DNA from: Botryllus schlosseri
Taxonomy: Eukaryota
Assembly: GCA_051294905.1 (NCBI GenBank)
Contig: CM119372.1
Location: 6,388,001-6,452,000, forward strand
Length of the DNA stretch: 64,000 bases
Direction: 5' to 3'
The notes beneath the pieces are model-generated. The model worked only from the letters and a program-made list of their open reading frames with translations, was not told the origin of the DNA and did no database searches. Made by a program: the position numbers and the translations under genes. This document shows positions 36,256 through 47,166 of this stretch, one piece after another (the first letter of the stretch is position 1; each line of letters begins with the position of its first letter).

Positions 36256-37169
36256 TACACCCAAAAGTTATGGTACATCCTGGGGTGTACGATACACCCG
36301 ATTGAAAAGCCCTGGTCCATACTTGACACAACCTGTTTCCGTTTGTGCAGGCTTGGCGAAAAGTCAACTGATACTTCCACTGCCAACTTAGTTCGGACAC
36401 TATCGTGTTTGGGTGGGATTGTCGAGTGTCTATATAGCTTGCAAGTCATTGCGTCATAGACAACATTGAGATGTAGCTATTCCATTATATAGATCTTTGT
36501 TACGCAAATCAAAGTGAATAGAGCCATACTGGAAATCGTTTTTACATCACTTCTTTACATTTTGCGCATTACGTGATGAGAGTTGCACTAAAAGGTTGCA
36601 TGAAAAAACACGAAAAGGTCGCAATAGGTTGCAATAGAAAATTCCTACAAACAGCTTAAAATATCATACTACATAAATATTGTGTATCTAAGAAGCTGCC
36701 GGAAGCTGTAAAAAATGTTGCAAATGTTGAAAAAACTTGCCCTAGTAATCATGTATCCAAGGCGTAATCTGTCATGTCGTGATCAATTTTCAAATCATTC
36801 AGTTCGCTTGAAAGAGTAACGTCTGTTCGACGTATAATCTTTTCACTCAACACTAATCGTTCTGCTCCAATATTCGGTAAATATTAGCGCAACAGTGGCC
36901 TAGGGAAACAATACCTGGCAGGAAGCGTGCGTCGCGTTTCCTGAGTGAACTAAATTTCGTTTTTAATGTAACTGAATGTTTTATTATCTTCTTGGCAAAG
37001 TCCACTTCCAGTCGTGTCTTTCTAGGTAATGTCATTCTCAGTATTGACCTGTCACGACCAGAGCCTGGATGAACCGTCAACTACCTTCATTGAATCGACT
37101 TTGCATTCTTTTACTGCCCATTTTGCTGGTTTATTCATATATCATTTAACAGTACATCGAAGTTGCTTT

Positions 37170-37375
37170 CTTTACCTACCGTGTCTTGTCGACCTTCTAC
37201 ACCGCGACACCGTTTGCGTTACGGAAGTAAGTAATCGATAGGAGACTTTGTTCCCGATGCCACGGTACCCTACCTACCGTGTCTTGTCGACCTTCTTCAC
37301 CGCGACACCGTTTGCGTAAGTACGGAAGTAAGTAATCGATAGGAGACTTTGTTCCCGGTGCCACGATACCGACCG
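37170..37375. repeat. About 100-bp tandem duplication
   Basis: tacctaccgtgtcttgtcgaccttct...gaagtaagtaatcgataggagactttgttccc occurs twice. Confidence 0.9.
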
Positions 37376-38339
37376 TGCCTGCAGAACTACATTTTCTGTA
37401 ATGCAACCATGAATTCGGTACCTGACCCACATCAGGAGATGCATTCTGGAATTAGGCCTATATGCCATCTAGAGCTCAAAATGATTTTGAAAACCAACAA
37501 CAAGCGGAATATTGTCTGTGCCAATTTATTAAACTGAAAAATATTCTTCGCACTACGCGCGATTTTATGTGAATAAATATTTTGCTTTGAATAGGTACAA
37601 TCAGAAATTGTGTTGAAAATAGAGAGGAGGTTCGAGAACTCTTATTGAAAGTTCCAGGGGTACGATCGCTAGAAATGTTAAGAAACACTGCTATTGCTGT
37701 GGCACAATAATCATTATCTTTAAGCTGTTATCGATCTGTTCCAATAATCGAGGGCAAATCTAACGCTAATTTTATTTGACTTTAGATGTGACATGAACAA
37801 TAACCTAGTTATCAGGACTACACCAGAAACCCCGATTAGGCTACACTGCTCAAATGCCCTGACATCAGATCAATACTTGGTCAATTCTAAAATATTCTAC
37901 CTAAGATCGTGTAACGTCAAATGTCCGCAAGACGCAATATTATAGCGCGTCAGCTATTACGATGCCATGATGCATTTGTCCTCTCGCATGATGTCTATAA
38001 CTCATTATTTAGACAAATTATGCCAAGCACAAAAACAATATGAAAATGTGATTTTTGTTCGTGCCAAGAGTAAATAGCGCAATGGTAAACTATATTTCCA
38101 TAATGTTTGTGGAATGCCAGTTTTCAAGGTCCCGTCAAATAAGGCCGATTACTTGGAAATTATACATTGAATACTCTTATTATTAATGCTGGCGCCATTA
38201 AAAACAAGGAAATTGTCCTGCGAGCACATTTGAGTTTGAGACTCCTGCTATAGAGACTGTAGGATGGAGTGCAAACCCATTGTTCTCTATTCAGAATTAT
38301 GACGCTTGACTTAGGCATAGGCGACACAGCTACTGTGTT

Positions 38340-39430
38340 TTGTATTATCTAACTTAGAGATTGTAGGATAAGAACCCCGCTGACTATTGAAGTAAGAAAC
38401 AAAATCATCCCTAATCGTCCTAGCCTTATCTGTTGAACGTCTTACCACTCCATCACATTCGTCTGCCCCAAATGCAAGGTGATGTTGATCACCTGAAAGA
38501 TAATTATGCAGGACAGTACATGCTTCGACAACATGATCAGCAGCATATACAGTAGGGTTGTTCAAAAAAAACTTTTTTTTTCCAAATCTCACTCGCCTAC
38601 TGACTAAATCGTCAGGTTGTCTAAAAAAACGATGCACACCAAATTTGACTCAATTCCAACCAGTAGAGGCCGTGCAATCTTGAATTGAAATTTTTAATTT
38701 AATATTGAAAATTAAAAAAAAAAATTTCAAATTTTTTTGTTAACCCCATGAAATTGTTGAACTGTCTTCAAAGACGATGCTAAACAAATTTGAGTCAATT
38801 CCGACTAGTAGAAGCGGAATTATTTGAGTTTTTCGTTGATAATCCCCGGATCAAGGATAATCCGAGAATTATCAACTAAAAACTCGAATATCTCCACTTC
38901 TACAAGTCGGAATTGACTCAAATTTGTTTTGCATCGTCTTTGAAGACAGTTCAACAATTTCATTGGGTTAACAGAAAAATTTGAAATTTTTTTTTTTTTT
39001 AAATTTTCATTATTAAATTAAAAATTTCAATTCAAGATTGCACGGCCTCTACTGGTTGGAATTGAGTCAAATTTGATGTGCATCGTTTTCTTAGACAACC
39101 TGACGATTTAGTCATTAGGCGAGTGAGATTTGGAAAAAAAAGTTTTTTTTGAACAACCCTAATGTACAGTAGTGGTCGTCAATGGCTTGCGAAAATTCTC
39201 AAACGGAGGACAAAATGCCAAATGCATTTTCCACCGCATTCCTTGTTCGAGACAGTCCGAAATTAAAATATTTACCTTCTGGGAAATTTAACGAGGAGCC
39301 TGGAAAGTGCCGAATAATGGGATCATCTGATGGCAGATCTATAATTGGCCCAAGGACAAGCGTTTTCAAAAAATGGAGTTGCTGAACCACTTACTATCAT
39401 TTATCCTGCCATATTGACCTATATCTATAT
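38340..39430 (-). pseudogene. PIF/Harbinger (HARBI1-like, DDE_Tnp_4) transposase remnant split by foldback L1
   Basis: IDIGQYGRIND..FSN; FNFGLSRTRNAVENAFGIL; VVEACTVLHNYL; ARTIRDDFVSYFNS..GS. Confidence 0.85.
38553..39161. mobile_element. Foldback (near-perfect palindrome) element L, copy 1
   Basis: About 300-bp arms reverse-complementary around 38852; TAGGGTTGTTC termini; TSD atatacag/atgtacag. Confidence 0.92.
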
Positions 39431-39432
39431 AG

Positions 39433-40358
39433 CAGGGGTCGGGAACCTATGATAAAATATGACTCTTTGATAAAATTCAAATTTGGAGCATTATTCCCAT
39501 CTTATTTATCAATGTTGCCGCAAGTATTTGATGTATATTTTTATTTTCATAATGACTGGCAATATTATTCCTATGGCTGATGAGACAAGTATGATGAGGT
39601 CAAAACAGTGACACATCCCGGGGAGGGGTATAGGAGCTCGGAAACACAAAATCTTGACATTTTTACTTAAGTATTGGCTGCTGAAAATAATTTCTCACTG
39701 TCAAAAGTTCAATAGAACAGATTTTCCGATAATAGCGCAAAGACGCTACCTTGAAGTTATTTAGTGGAATAGACCGGTTAAATCCAATCCGTCATTTTCG
39801 ATACGAATAAGTTAACATACTGGCAAAAACAAAGGTGCTGCCAATTTTATAATTCGATATACCCAATATTGCACGCCTAGAAAACTCTGTTTTGTTTTGT
39901 GGTATTCATGGTGTTTGTCAACTGCTATGGGCACGGTCATTTACACCAGGCCGATATTCCTCGTTTTTATTCCGTAACTGCCGACTTATAGCACGGTCCA
40001 CTTCTAGGTTTTTTGTAAGACACCACTTACGCAGATGAGGTGGCGAGGAGGAGCCTAGTTAAACCTCCAACACTTTGATATAGGCATTCTGAAGTCGACC
40101 TCGGTCGGACTCGAGCCCGCAACCCATTGGTGTTTCAGCCGCGGATTATACCACTGCGCTATCTCGCCACAACTTTGATTGTAAAATGCGTTGATAAATC
40201 AGAGAGAAAAGCAGACATGGCGACGCCTGTATGGCAGCTAAGCTAAGTTGTCCAATGCTCAAATTTCGTTTTTCATTATATTGCATGCTCTTTCATAGTT
40301 ACAATTGAAAATATGGGGTCAATGTGGCTCTTTCGACGAAAAAGGTTCCCGACCACTG
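39433..40358. mobile_element. Charlie-type hAT MITE containing a SINE
   Basis: CAGGGGTCGGGAACCT...AGGTTCCCGACCACTG; TSD not clean. Confidence 0.7.
39947..40170 (-). mobile_element. tRNA-derived SINE family 1
   Basis: Colinear with 15980-16194; A box and degenerate B box on the minus strand. Confidence 0.85.
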
Positions 40359-40369
40359 AGCTACAGCAA

Positions 40370-40782
40370 CAAACCTCCGAAGCGCCTATAAAAAGTATCA
40401 ACGGCGCAACGTTTCTCTGCTACGTGACTGCACTTCGAACCACAAGCGCACTGCCCATTGCCGCTCCGCATCCTTTCACTTGCTCCTGAGCTGCGGCATC
40501 GTTTTTGCCAGACGGCATGTTGCGTTCCAATGCCAAACTCCGTCACAATGCAAAATTCGCGGCTAAGGGGGTCCAGGGCCATGAGCGAAATAAACTTTAT
40601 ATTTACTTTATCAGTACGAAAGTGACAGGTTTCGATTGATACCTTTTTAATCAAATTTAGCGCTTGACAAACCGGTCAAAAATTACCCTAAAATTACCTT
40701 TGGCCAAATGGAAAGTATGACGTAACGCAATCACAGTGAGTCGGGCGATTTGGCTGTGTCTACACGATTGTAAGACACTATG
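40370..40782. mobile_element. MITE family B, copy 3 (one end)
   Basis: Matches 1775-2048; ends gacactatg. Confidence 0.65.
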
Positions 40783-40819
40783 GTCAATCTGTCTATCTGC
40801 TAAGCTCATAGTACACTTG

Positions 40820-41250
40820 AATAATATATTCATATTTTTGCCGGAAGCTTTTCGGCTGACACCCATCGGGGGCTACCAACCATTAGCAATAATGGGAGCA
40901 TTCAAAGCAGTATGTTTAACACAATGATATATATAGCATTGGTTAACAACAATCAGTATCGCCCACACACAGAGTAAAATCCTAATCCAAAGCGCAGACG
41001 CGGAGAGAACAAAACAAAACAAGTTAATTTTCCATTGGGATTGACGCATACAGTGATGACGGTGGACTCCAGAACAGACAAATGAAATAAATTACGGCCC
41101 ATTGCCTGTATGGAGAACATGTCCATTGTCCACATTATAATTGGCGGCACTAATTGGATTTTCCAGCAAGTGTTTATCAATTGTCGATTGAATACTTTCG
41201 ACCCGTGGCCTGGTTGTATTCGAAAACAAGCGGATCATTTTCTGCGATTT
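40820..41250 (-). mobile_element. Second, older Penelope-like 3' fragment with a degenerate hammerhead
   Basis: STIDKHLLENPISAANY / FSIQAMGRNLFHLSVLESTVI parallels 24962-25200; followed by gtgtcagccGAAAagctTC. Confidence 0.7.
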
Positions 41251-41253
41251 AAT

Positions 41254-41535
41254 GGAGAGAGAGAAGAGAGAGAGAGAGGGAGAGAGAGAGAGAAGGGGGT
41301 ATTCGGTTTCGCCTGCACCATCGAGATGCTTTTGACGACGGAGATGCGATACGACCGTAAGGTCATCTAGTCTGCACGCCCGTTTCTTTTTCTCCTCCAT
41401 GCTATCCATGGATGCTGAGCGCCTAGCACTAGCGGGACACCGGCGGATACCATTTTTCGAGTCTTTGGTCCGACCCGACCGGGTATCTAACTCACGAACT
41501 ACCGATTAAGTAGCCGGACGCATCACCCTCGCTCG
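41254..41535 (-). mobile_element. tRNA-derived SINE family 2 (central domain recalls MetaSINEs) with (CT)n tail
   Basis: ccaaagactcgaaaaatggtatcc...ctaggcgctcagca on the minus strand; second copy at 51279-51587. Confidence 0.75.
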
Positions 41536-42316
41536 AAGGCTGGAATGTGTTCTTTGATACGATCTTGCAACCGTTTGGTAGTCCCCCCTCCGCAGTTGGA
41601 CTTGAATTCATAAATTACGTTACTTTGTTACTGTCGTCCATGAAAGCGCTCATTCGACCAGATCAGTCACGTGACAGTGACAAAGTCAGTTTCCGAACTT
41701 TCTCCTATTTCTTCATTACGCCTGGTACATTGTGTGTCTTTAGCGAAAGAAAAAAAAATAGAAACGCCTATCATGAATATCATTATGTTGTATACTAACA
41801 AAATTTGTCAACGCCGCAGTTTCTACGGCTGAGATAGGTGAACTTCTTCGGAGGCTATATTCAAATCCACCAGGTTGCGCTTCTGGTTGTTGAGCGGAGG
41901 TCGAGTCGAATAAGGAGGAAGCGATTATTGTAGCCGTGTAGTCCGTATAGGTATTCCGTCGAGGGGGGAAGAGTTTTCTGTCGACTGTTCTTGAGATAAT
42001 TGTTGCTAATTGTATCCTTGAAAAACACCACGGGATTGCGATATGATGAAAAGATAGGAAAGCGTCTCATATCTGATTGATCTGCGCGCTGCTTTTCGCA
42101 AGAGCGGGACTTAACATTGCACTAATCGCTGATGTTGTATAATGTATATCTGCTTGCTTCGCTGGCATGCAGTCCGATCACGAGCTGTCAGTGAGTTATT
42201 GATGTTCTAACGGTGGGGGTAGTAATGCGATAGGTGCTGAATTCAATTATTGAGCATCACTTTTATATATTCAGGCTGTATTGGATGAAGTGCGTTATTT
42301 AGTATTCACCGCCAGT

Positions 42317-42510
42317 ATGTCTTATCGAGATTGTAAGTTGTACGTTGGCAATTTGTCTTCGACTGCCACACGCACTGATTTGGACAAAGAATTCGGCTAC
42401 TACGGCCGTCTAGTGAACGTGTGGGTTGCAAGAAACCCCCCCGGCTTCGCATACGTCGAGTATGAAGATGCTCGTGATGCACGGGACGCCGTGAGAGGTT
42501 TAGACGGAAA
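42317..42510 (+). CDS. SRSF7: SR splicing factor SRSF7/9G8-like, coding exon 1 (RRM)
   Basis: [13 protein letters not shown]...[30 protein letters not shown] (SRSF3/7 RRM signature); acceptor tattcag at 42274; phase-2 donor AA|GTATGG. Confidence 0.92.
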
Positions 42511-42580
42511 GTATGGTGTTCGCGATAGTTGATATTATAAGGCTAGATAGTCAAACTGTAACTCTGAAATTTCTGTAAAG

Positions 42581-42772
42581 GGATTTCATGGGCAAAAAAC
42601 TTCGTGTAGAGGTGGCCCATGGAATGCCTCGTTCAAGACAAGGTGGTTGGAGCGGGGCTTCTTCCGTCGATCGAAGACGTCCGTTCGATCCAAATGATCG
42701 GTGCTATAACTGTGGCGAAAGTGGTCATTATGCGTATGACTGTGCTTCGTACCGCCGCAGCTCAAGTCGCAG
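42581..42772 (+). CDS. SRSF7: SRSF7-like coding exon 2 (RRM end plus CCHC zinc knuckle)
   Basis: Follows a 70-nt intron; [14 protein letters not shown]...[22 protein letters not shown]; the knuckle distinguishes SRSF7 from SRSF3; donor AG|GTAAAG. Confidence 0.92.
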
Positions 42773-43164
42773 GTAAAGTGTTCGAAATAGATTGTTTAGC
42801 ACTATTGCAGTAATCTCACTATTAATTTTTACAATTTTGTTAGTTTTTTTGGCTATAGACCAGAGTGGAATTGGTGGCAACGTCACACGCAATTTTCCAT
42901 TCAAATACTTGATTACTTTATACAAGACACCCTTCTGTCACCGTCACCGCAACTTATTGCCGAAAACAACCACTGTTTCCAGTCTAGGCTATAGATTATA
43001 ATTATCATTTCATATTGTATCTATTGATTTTTAGCTTGATATATTTAAGCAGTAACAACGTTTGTTTTGAACTTGTACTTTAATGCTGTGACATTTTAGC
43101 TTGCTGAATAACAGTGTTATCGAATTATAGATACTGTATCATATATTACGGTAATATTGAAAGA

Positions 43165-43310
43165 AACACTGATATTTTCAGCTGACATCGCCACGTATAA
43201 TCGTCAGCAACTAGTAGCAAATTGTAAAGAACACTACTTGCTGCTGACGATAACCCCTGACGAGTGTCAGCCGAAACTATCCAAGTTTATTTCAATATGA
43301 ATGAATTATT
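43165..43310. mobile_element. Inverted pair of Penelope-like pseudo-LTR/hammerhead fragments in the SRSF7 intron
   Basis: 43165-43232 matches 24835-24905 in the same orientation; 43235-43310 is the reverse-oriented copy (gctgacgataacccCTGACGAgtgtcagccGAAA). Confidence 0.8.
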
Positions 43311-43980
43311 TTGATTGTATCCTATATTAAAGTACTTCCAAAAGTCTCTTCGAACACTGTTATCGTTAAAACGTCTTCATGCTCTTGTCATAGGCTATTG
43401 CTAATTGCAATTGTTCGATTACTAAAAGATTTATTGTCTCAAAGCAATTTGTAGATTCGCCTGATCACTGGGTATGACAGATTCAGAATGACCGAATTAA
43501 GAGGAGATTTTCAGATTCCACTTGACAGAGGTGGTATGCTGAACGATAAAGACTCCGATGTGGAGTTTTTCTATTTTATTTCCTTGTATATTTCTGGTTT
43601 ATTAGCTAAAATTTCAATTGATGTTTGCGATAGTATGTTCACTAGTTAAATGTCTGACAATGTCTGAAATACTACTGTTATATTTTGGAAAGTGTTGAAT
43701 GCATATTCTCAATGTAAGCACATTGTAGCCTACGAATGGCTTTATATTTGTTGGAACAGTAATATATGTATGTAACTATATGTAATTATCGCTGATAGCT
43801 ATTGGAAAATGTGTCGGTTTGATAATAATAGCTCTTCAGCTCGATATAGAAGACTCGTTTCATCAAATAAACCGTACTTGATGTATATACTTGAGTAAAT
43901 TTTGGTGAAAATCATAGCATTGATGTCTTGATTTTATGGGGCTGCTTTCCTTGCATGCGAACTGACTTGCGTTATTCTAG

Positions 43981-44172
43981 GTCAAGATCAAGAAGTCGCC
44001 GCCGGTCGAGAAGTCGGTCCAGGTCTTATAGAAAGAGGCGATCGTACTCTCGGTCACCTAGACGCAGCTACTCTCGTTCTCCGAGACGAAGCTATTCTAG
44101 GTCGCGGTCTCCGAGTCCTCGTAGAGGCCGCAGTCGATCGCCCAGGCGAAGCCCCAGCCGGTCAAAGAGCAG
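43981..44172 (+). CDS. SRSF7: SRSF7-like coding exon 3 (RS domain)
   Basis: Acceptor gttattctag; SRSRSRRRSRSRSRSYRKRRSYSRSPRR...; donor AG|GTTAGT; 192 nt, phase preserved. Confidence 0.88.
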
Positions 44173-44442
44173 GTTAGTTATTCTGTTTTCCACTAGCACA
44201 GTAGCTCTAATACTTTTAAACCTTTTCTTAACTTGAAGAACCTCTGTACGCTAATCTACAAGTATTTGGCGAACCCCAAATTTTCGCGGAGTCACACAAA
44301 CAAAATCTACAGCAAGTTCCTTAACCTTTTCTAACCCATGGAACACAAATCTGCAAGCCTGCAAGGAACCTAATTTTATTGCCGAGTCATAACAACAATA
44401 ATCGACCACAATACCGTGCACATCTAACTAGTCATCTAATAC

Positions 44443-44911
44443 CAGGGCTGTAACGAATAACCAAGTCACGAGGTTCCGAGTCATAAGTCAATCTCACTTT
44501 TAATAGTTTTTAGTCGAGTCATCTTCAATTCACCTCCGAGTCCAGGTGCTCGTGAGGGTGCAAGTAGAGGGTCGAGTCACAGTCATAGTGTTTTGACTCG
44601 AGTCCGAGTCATTAGGTTCAAGTGGCTCGCATGCTTTTACAATATCGTATTTTCCTCAGTTTTAAGAGTTTCTGGCCCTATTTTCCAAGTATCAGTCTGA
44701 CTGATAAACGAAATACCAATCATGTAGTAACATTTTTCTATTCTTCGAAGTTACAAGGAAATGTCTTTCTTGGCCGTCCTAGTCTCGAGTCCTATGACTT
44801 GGTTCGAGTTATGCACAGGGACGTGCATGACTCGAGTACAAGTCGAGTCAATACAAAAATTGAGTCGAGTCGAGTCACCAAAATATTGCGAGTCGAGTCA
44901 TTACAACCCTG
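44443..44911. mobile_element. hAT-type MITE family K (GAGTC repeats), copy 1
   Basis: CAGGGCTGTAA...TTACAACCCTG; perfect TSD tctaatac. Confidence 0.9.
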
Positions 44912-44938
44912 TCTAATACAGTACTACAGATTACTGGT

Positions 44939-45559
44939 TAGGGCTGTTCAAAAAAAACTTTTTTTCCTGAATCTTGCTGGTTACGTGATTAAATCGTTAG
45001 GTTGCCTTAAAACGACGCACACCAAATTTTAATTCATTCCAACCAATAATCGCTGATTTCGTACAGTTTTAAAATTTTGAATTTACCCAAAGATGCGAAA
45101 AAAATTTTGGTCAGATTTTTCTGTTAACCCCATGAAATCGTTGCGCTGTCTTCAAAGACGATGCAAAACAAATTTGACTCAATTCCAACCAGTAGAAGCG
45201 GAGCTATTTGAGTTTTTCTTCGATAATTCGGGGATTAACCTAGATCGGTGGATAATCTAAGAATTATCATCGAAAAACTCAAATAACTCCGCTTCTACTG
45301 GTTGGAATTGAGTCAAATTTGTTTTGCGTCGTCTTTGAAGACAGCGCAACAATTTCATGGGGTTGACAGAAAAATTTGACCAAAAAATTTTTTTGCATCT
45401 TTGGGTAGCCTAAATTCAAAATTTTCAAACTGTACGAAATCAGCGATTATTGGTTGAAATGAACTAAAATTTGGTGTGCGTCGTTTTTTAAGGCAACCTA
45501 ACGATTTAATCACGTAACCATCAAGATTCAGGAAAAAAAGCTATTTTTGAACAGCCCGA
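44939..45559. mobile_element. Foldback element L, copy 2, in the SRSF7 intron
   Basis: About 300-bp arms around 45243; perfect TSD ttactggt. Confidence 0.92.
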
Positions 45560-46265
45560 TTACTGGTTCACAGTTCCGAGACCAGAGGTTTAACCAATAA
45601 GTGAGGGTGGCAGTTACTATCGGTATACCGTGTGCGTTTATAGGATTTGACTTGTAATGCTCGATTAGGAAATGATACTCCTAAGCACTTCGGTACCCTG
45701 TCAAGCATGGGTAACTTAAGCTGTCAAGTGCATCTGTGTCATCTTGTTTCCACGGTGTGTCAGTTTGATTGTGACATAGGATTCACATAGAGTAAATCAT
45801 TCCCATTATCAAAGGTGGTCAGAGACTAAGTTTTTAGACTACTTTCACTTTTATTTCCACTTATCAGTAACAGTTTTGAGGTGAACTATTTTATTTTTAC
45901 ACATTTGGATTTTGGAATGAAGAAAGAGTTTGTATCCCTTTCGTGCGTGAAATTGTCAATAAATCTGGGCCAAGTGAATGTACTTACTAAAACTGCTCCA
46001 GTGCTCCTTTGTGCAGTGTCATTGAGTCATTTTGCATTCTGCCCGAAGATGCACCCTTCATAAGATATGCTGGAACAACTTGGTACTTTGGCATCTTCAT
46101 TTCCTACTTTTTTTGAGAAATTTGTGGTGTTACTTGTAATACTATTTAGTATTTATGTACCAGTGCTGATTACTTGACCACCTCTGGTCGATGCTAGAAT
46201 GCGTATCAGTAGTACACATCTCTAGTGTTGTTGTGTAAAAATGTAAGTCGATCTTTTGTTTCTAG

Positions 46266-46356
46266 ATCCAGATCTGCTAGCCGGAAACGGTCTTTGAGTC
46301 CGGACCGCAGAAGTCGATCCAGGTCGTTGTCTCGAAGTCAGTCTCGCTCGCGCTAG
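46266..46356 (+). CDS. SRSF7: SRSF7-like terminal coding exon (RS domain)
   Basis: Acceptor cttttgtttctag; (R)SRSASRKRSLSPDRRSRSRSLSRSQSRSR-stop; total CDS 669 nt (222 aa); not in the supplied ORF track. Confidence 0.85.
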
Positions 46357-47166
46357 CTTTTCTAGACGACTTCCAAAGCGAAGAATGTATATCGAGGCTC
46401 CTGCTGGACGCAGAGCACCTGGGCTTACCAATGCGGTCTATTTTCTGAAAAAAAAGACTTTACTCGTTTTATACCGGCTAATGTTGTACTGTCCGTAATT
46501 TTTTGGAATACGTGGAGTAAAGTTTTCAGTTAACTGTGACGATTTGTCTTTGTAGTAGGTTGCGTATTGAAGCCCTTATGGATGCGGAATCAGGCATGGG
46601 TGGTGTGTGGTTTTATTATACCTGACTGTGGGGTTTGTGATAGTTAACAAATCGATGCACCGCTGAACTGATATGTGACAGTATTGCTTAACAGCTGTAG
46701 CAGTAGTGTGCAAGCAAAACTACTTGATTTAGTGGATGCTACGTACTTCATACCCAGAGGTGGTCAAAGTAGTAGGGAAAGCTACTCAAGTAGCAGTAGC
46801 GACGAAAAAATCTACTCAAGTACGAGTAGAAGTACTTCTTCCATGAGCCACCTAATACTACTTGAAGTAGAAGTAGAGTTGACTGACTTTAAATATACTC
46901 AAGTGAGTACGTAGTTTTGAAAACAGTCTCAATTCGTTCGCATGGCCTGGCAAAAGCTGCAAATTGAGCTATGCGGGAGGTGCAGAGAGCTTGATTCGTA
47001 TTGATGCATCGCAGGAGGTATCAATTTCTGACAGAATAAGCATTCTTTCGCATCATGAAATGCAAATTATAGTATTGATATGAAAATGCGATAATAACCC
47101 TTTCCTTTACTAGAAGACCCCATTTTAGAGAATATCATGGCCTGGCGCCCTACCTCATATTATAAG

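Noticed and set aside
38311..38637. 108-aa ORF as an intact gene
   Set aside because: N-terminus comes from foldback L1; the remainder is a Harbinger transposase fragment
43470..43545. Possible intronic C/D-box snoRNA (ends in CTGA)
   Set aside because: No proper RUGAUGA C box and no terminal stem
43928..44236. 102-aa RS-rich ORF as a standalone gene
   Set aside because: It is SRSF7 coding exon 3 read through into flanking intron sequence
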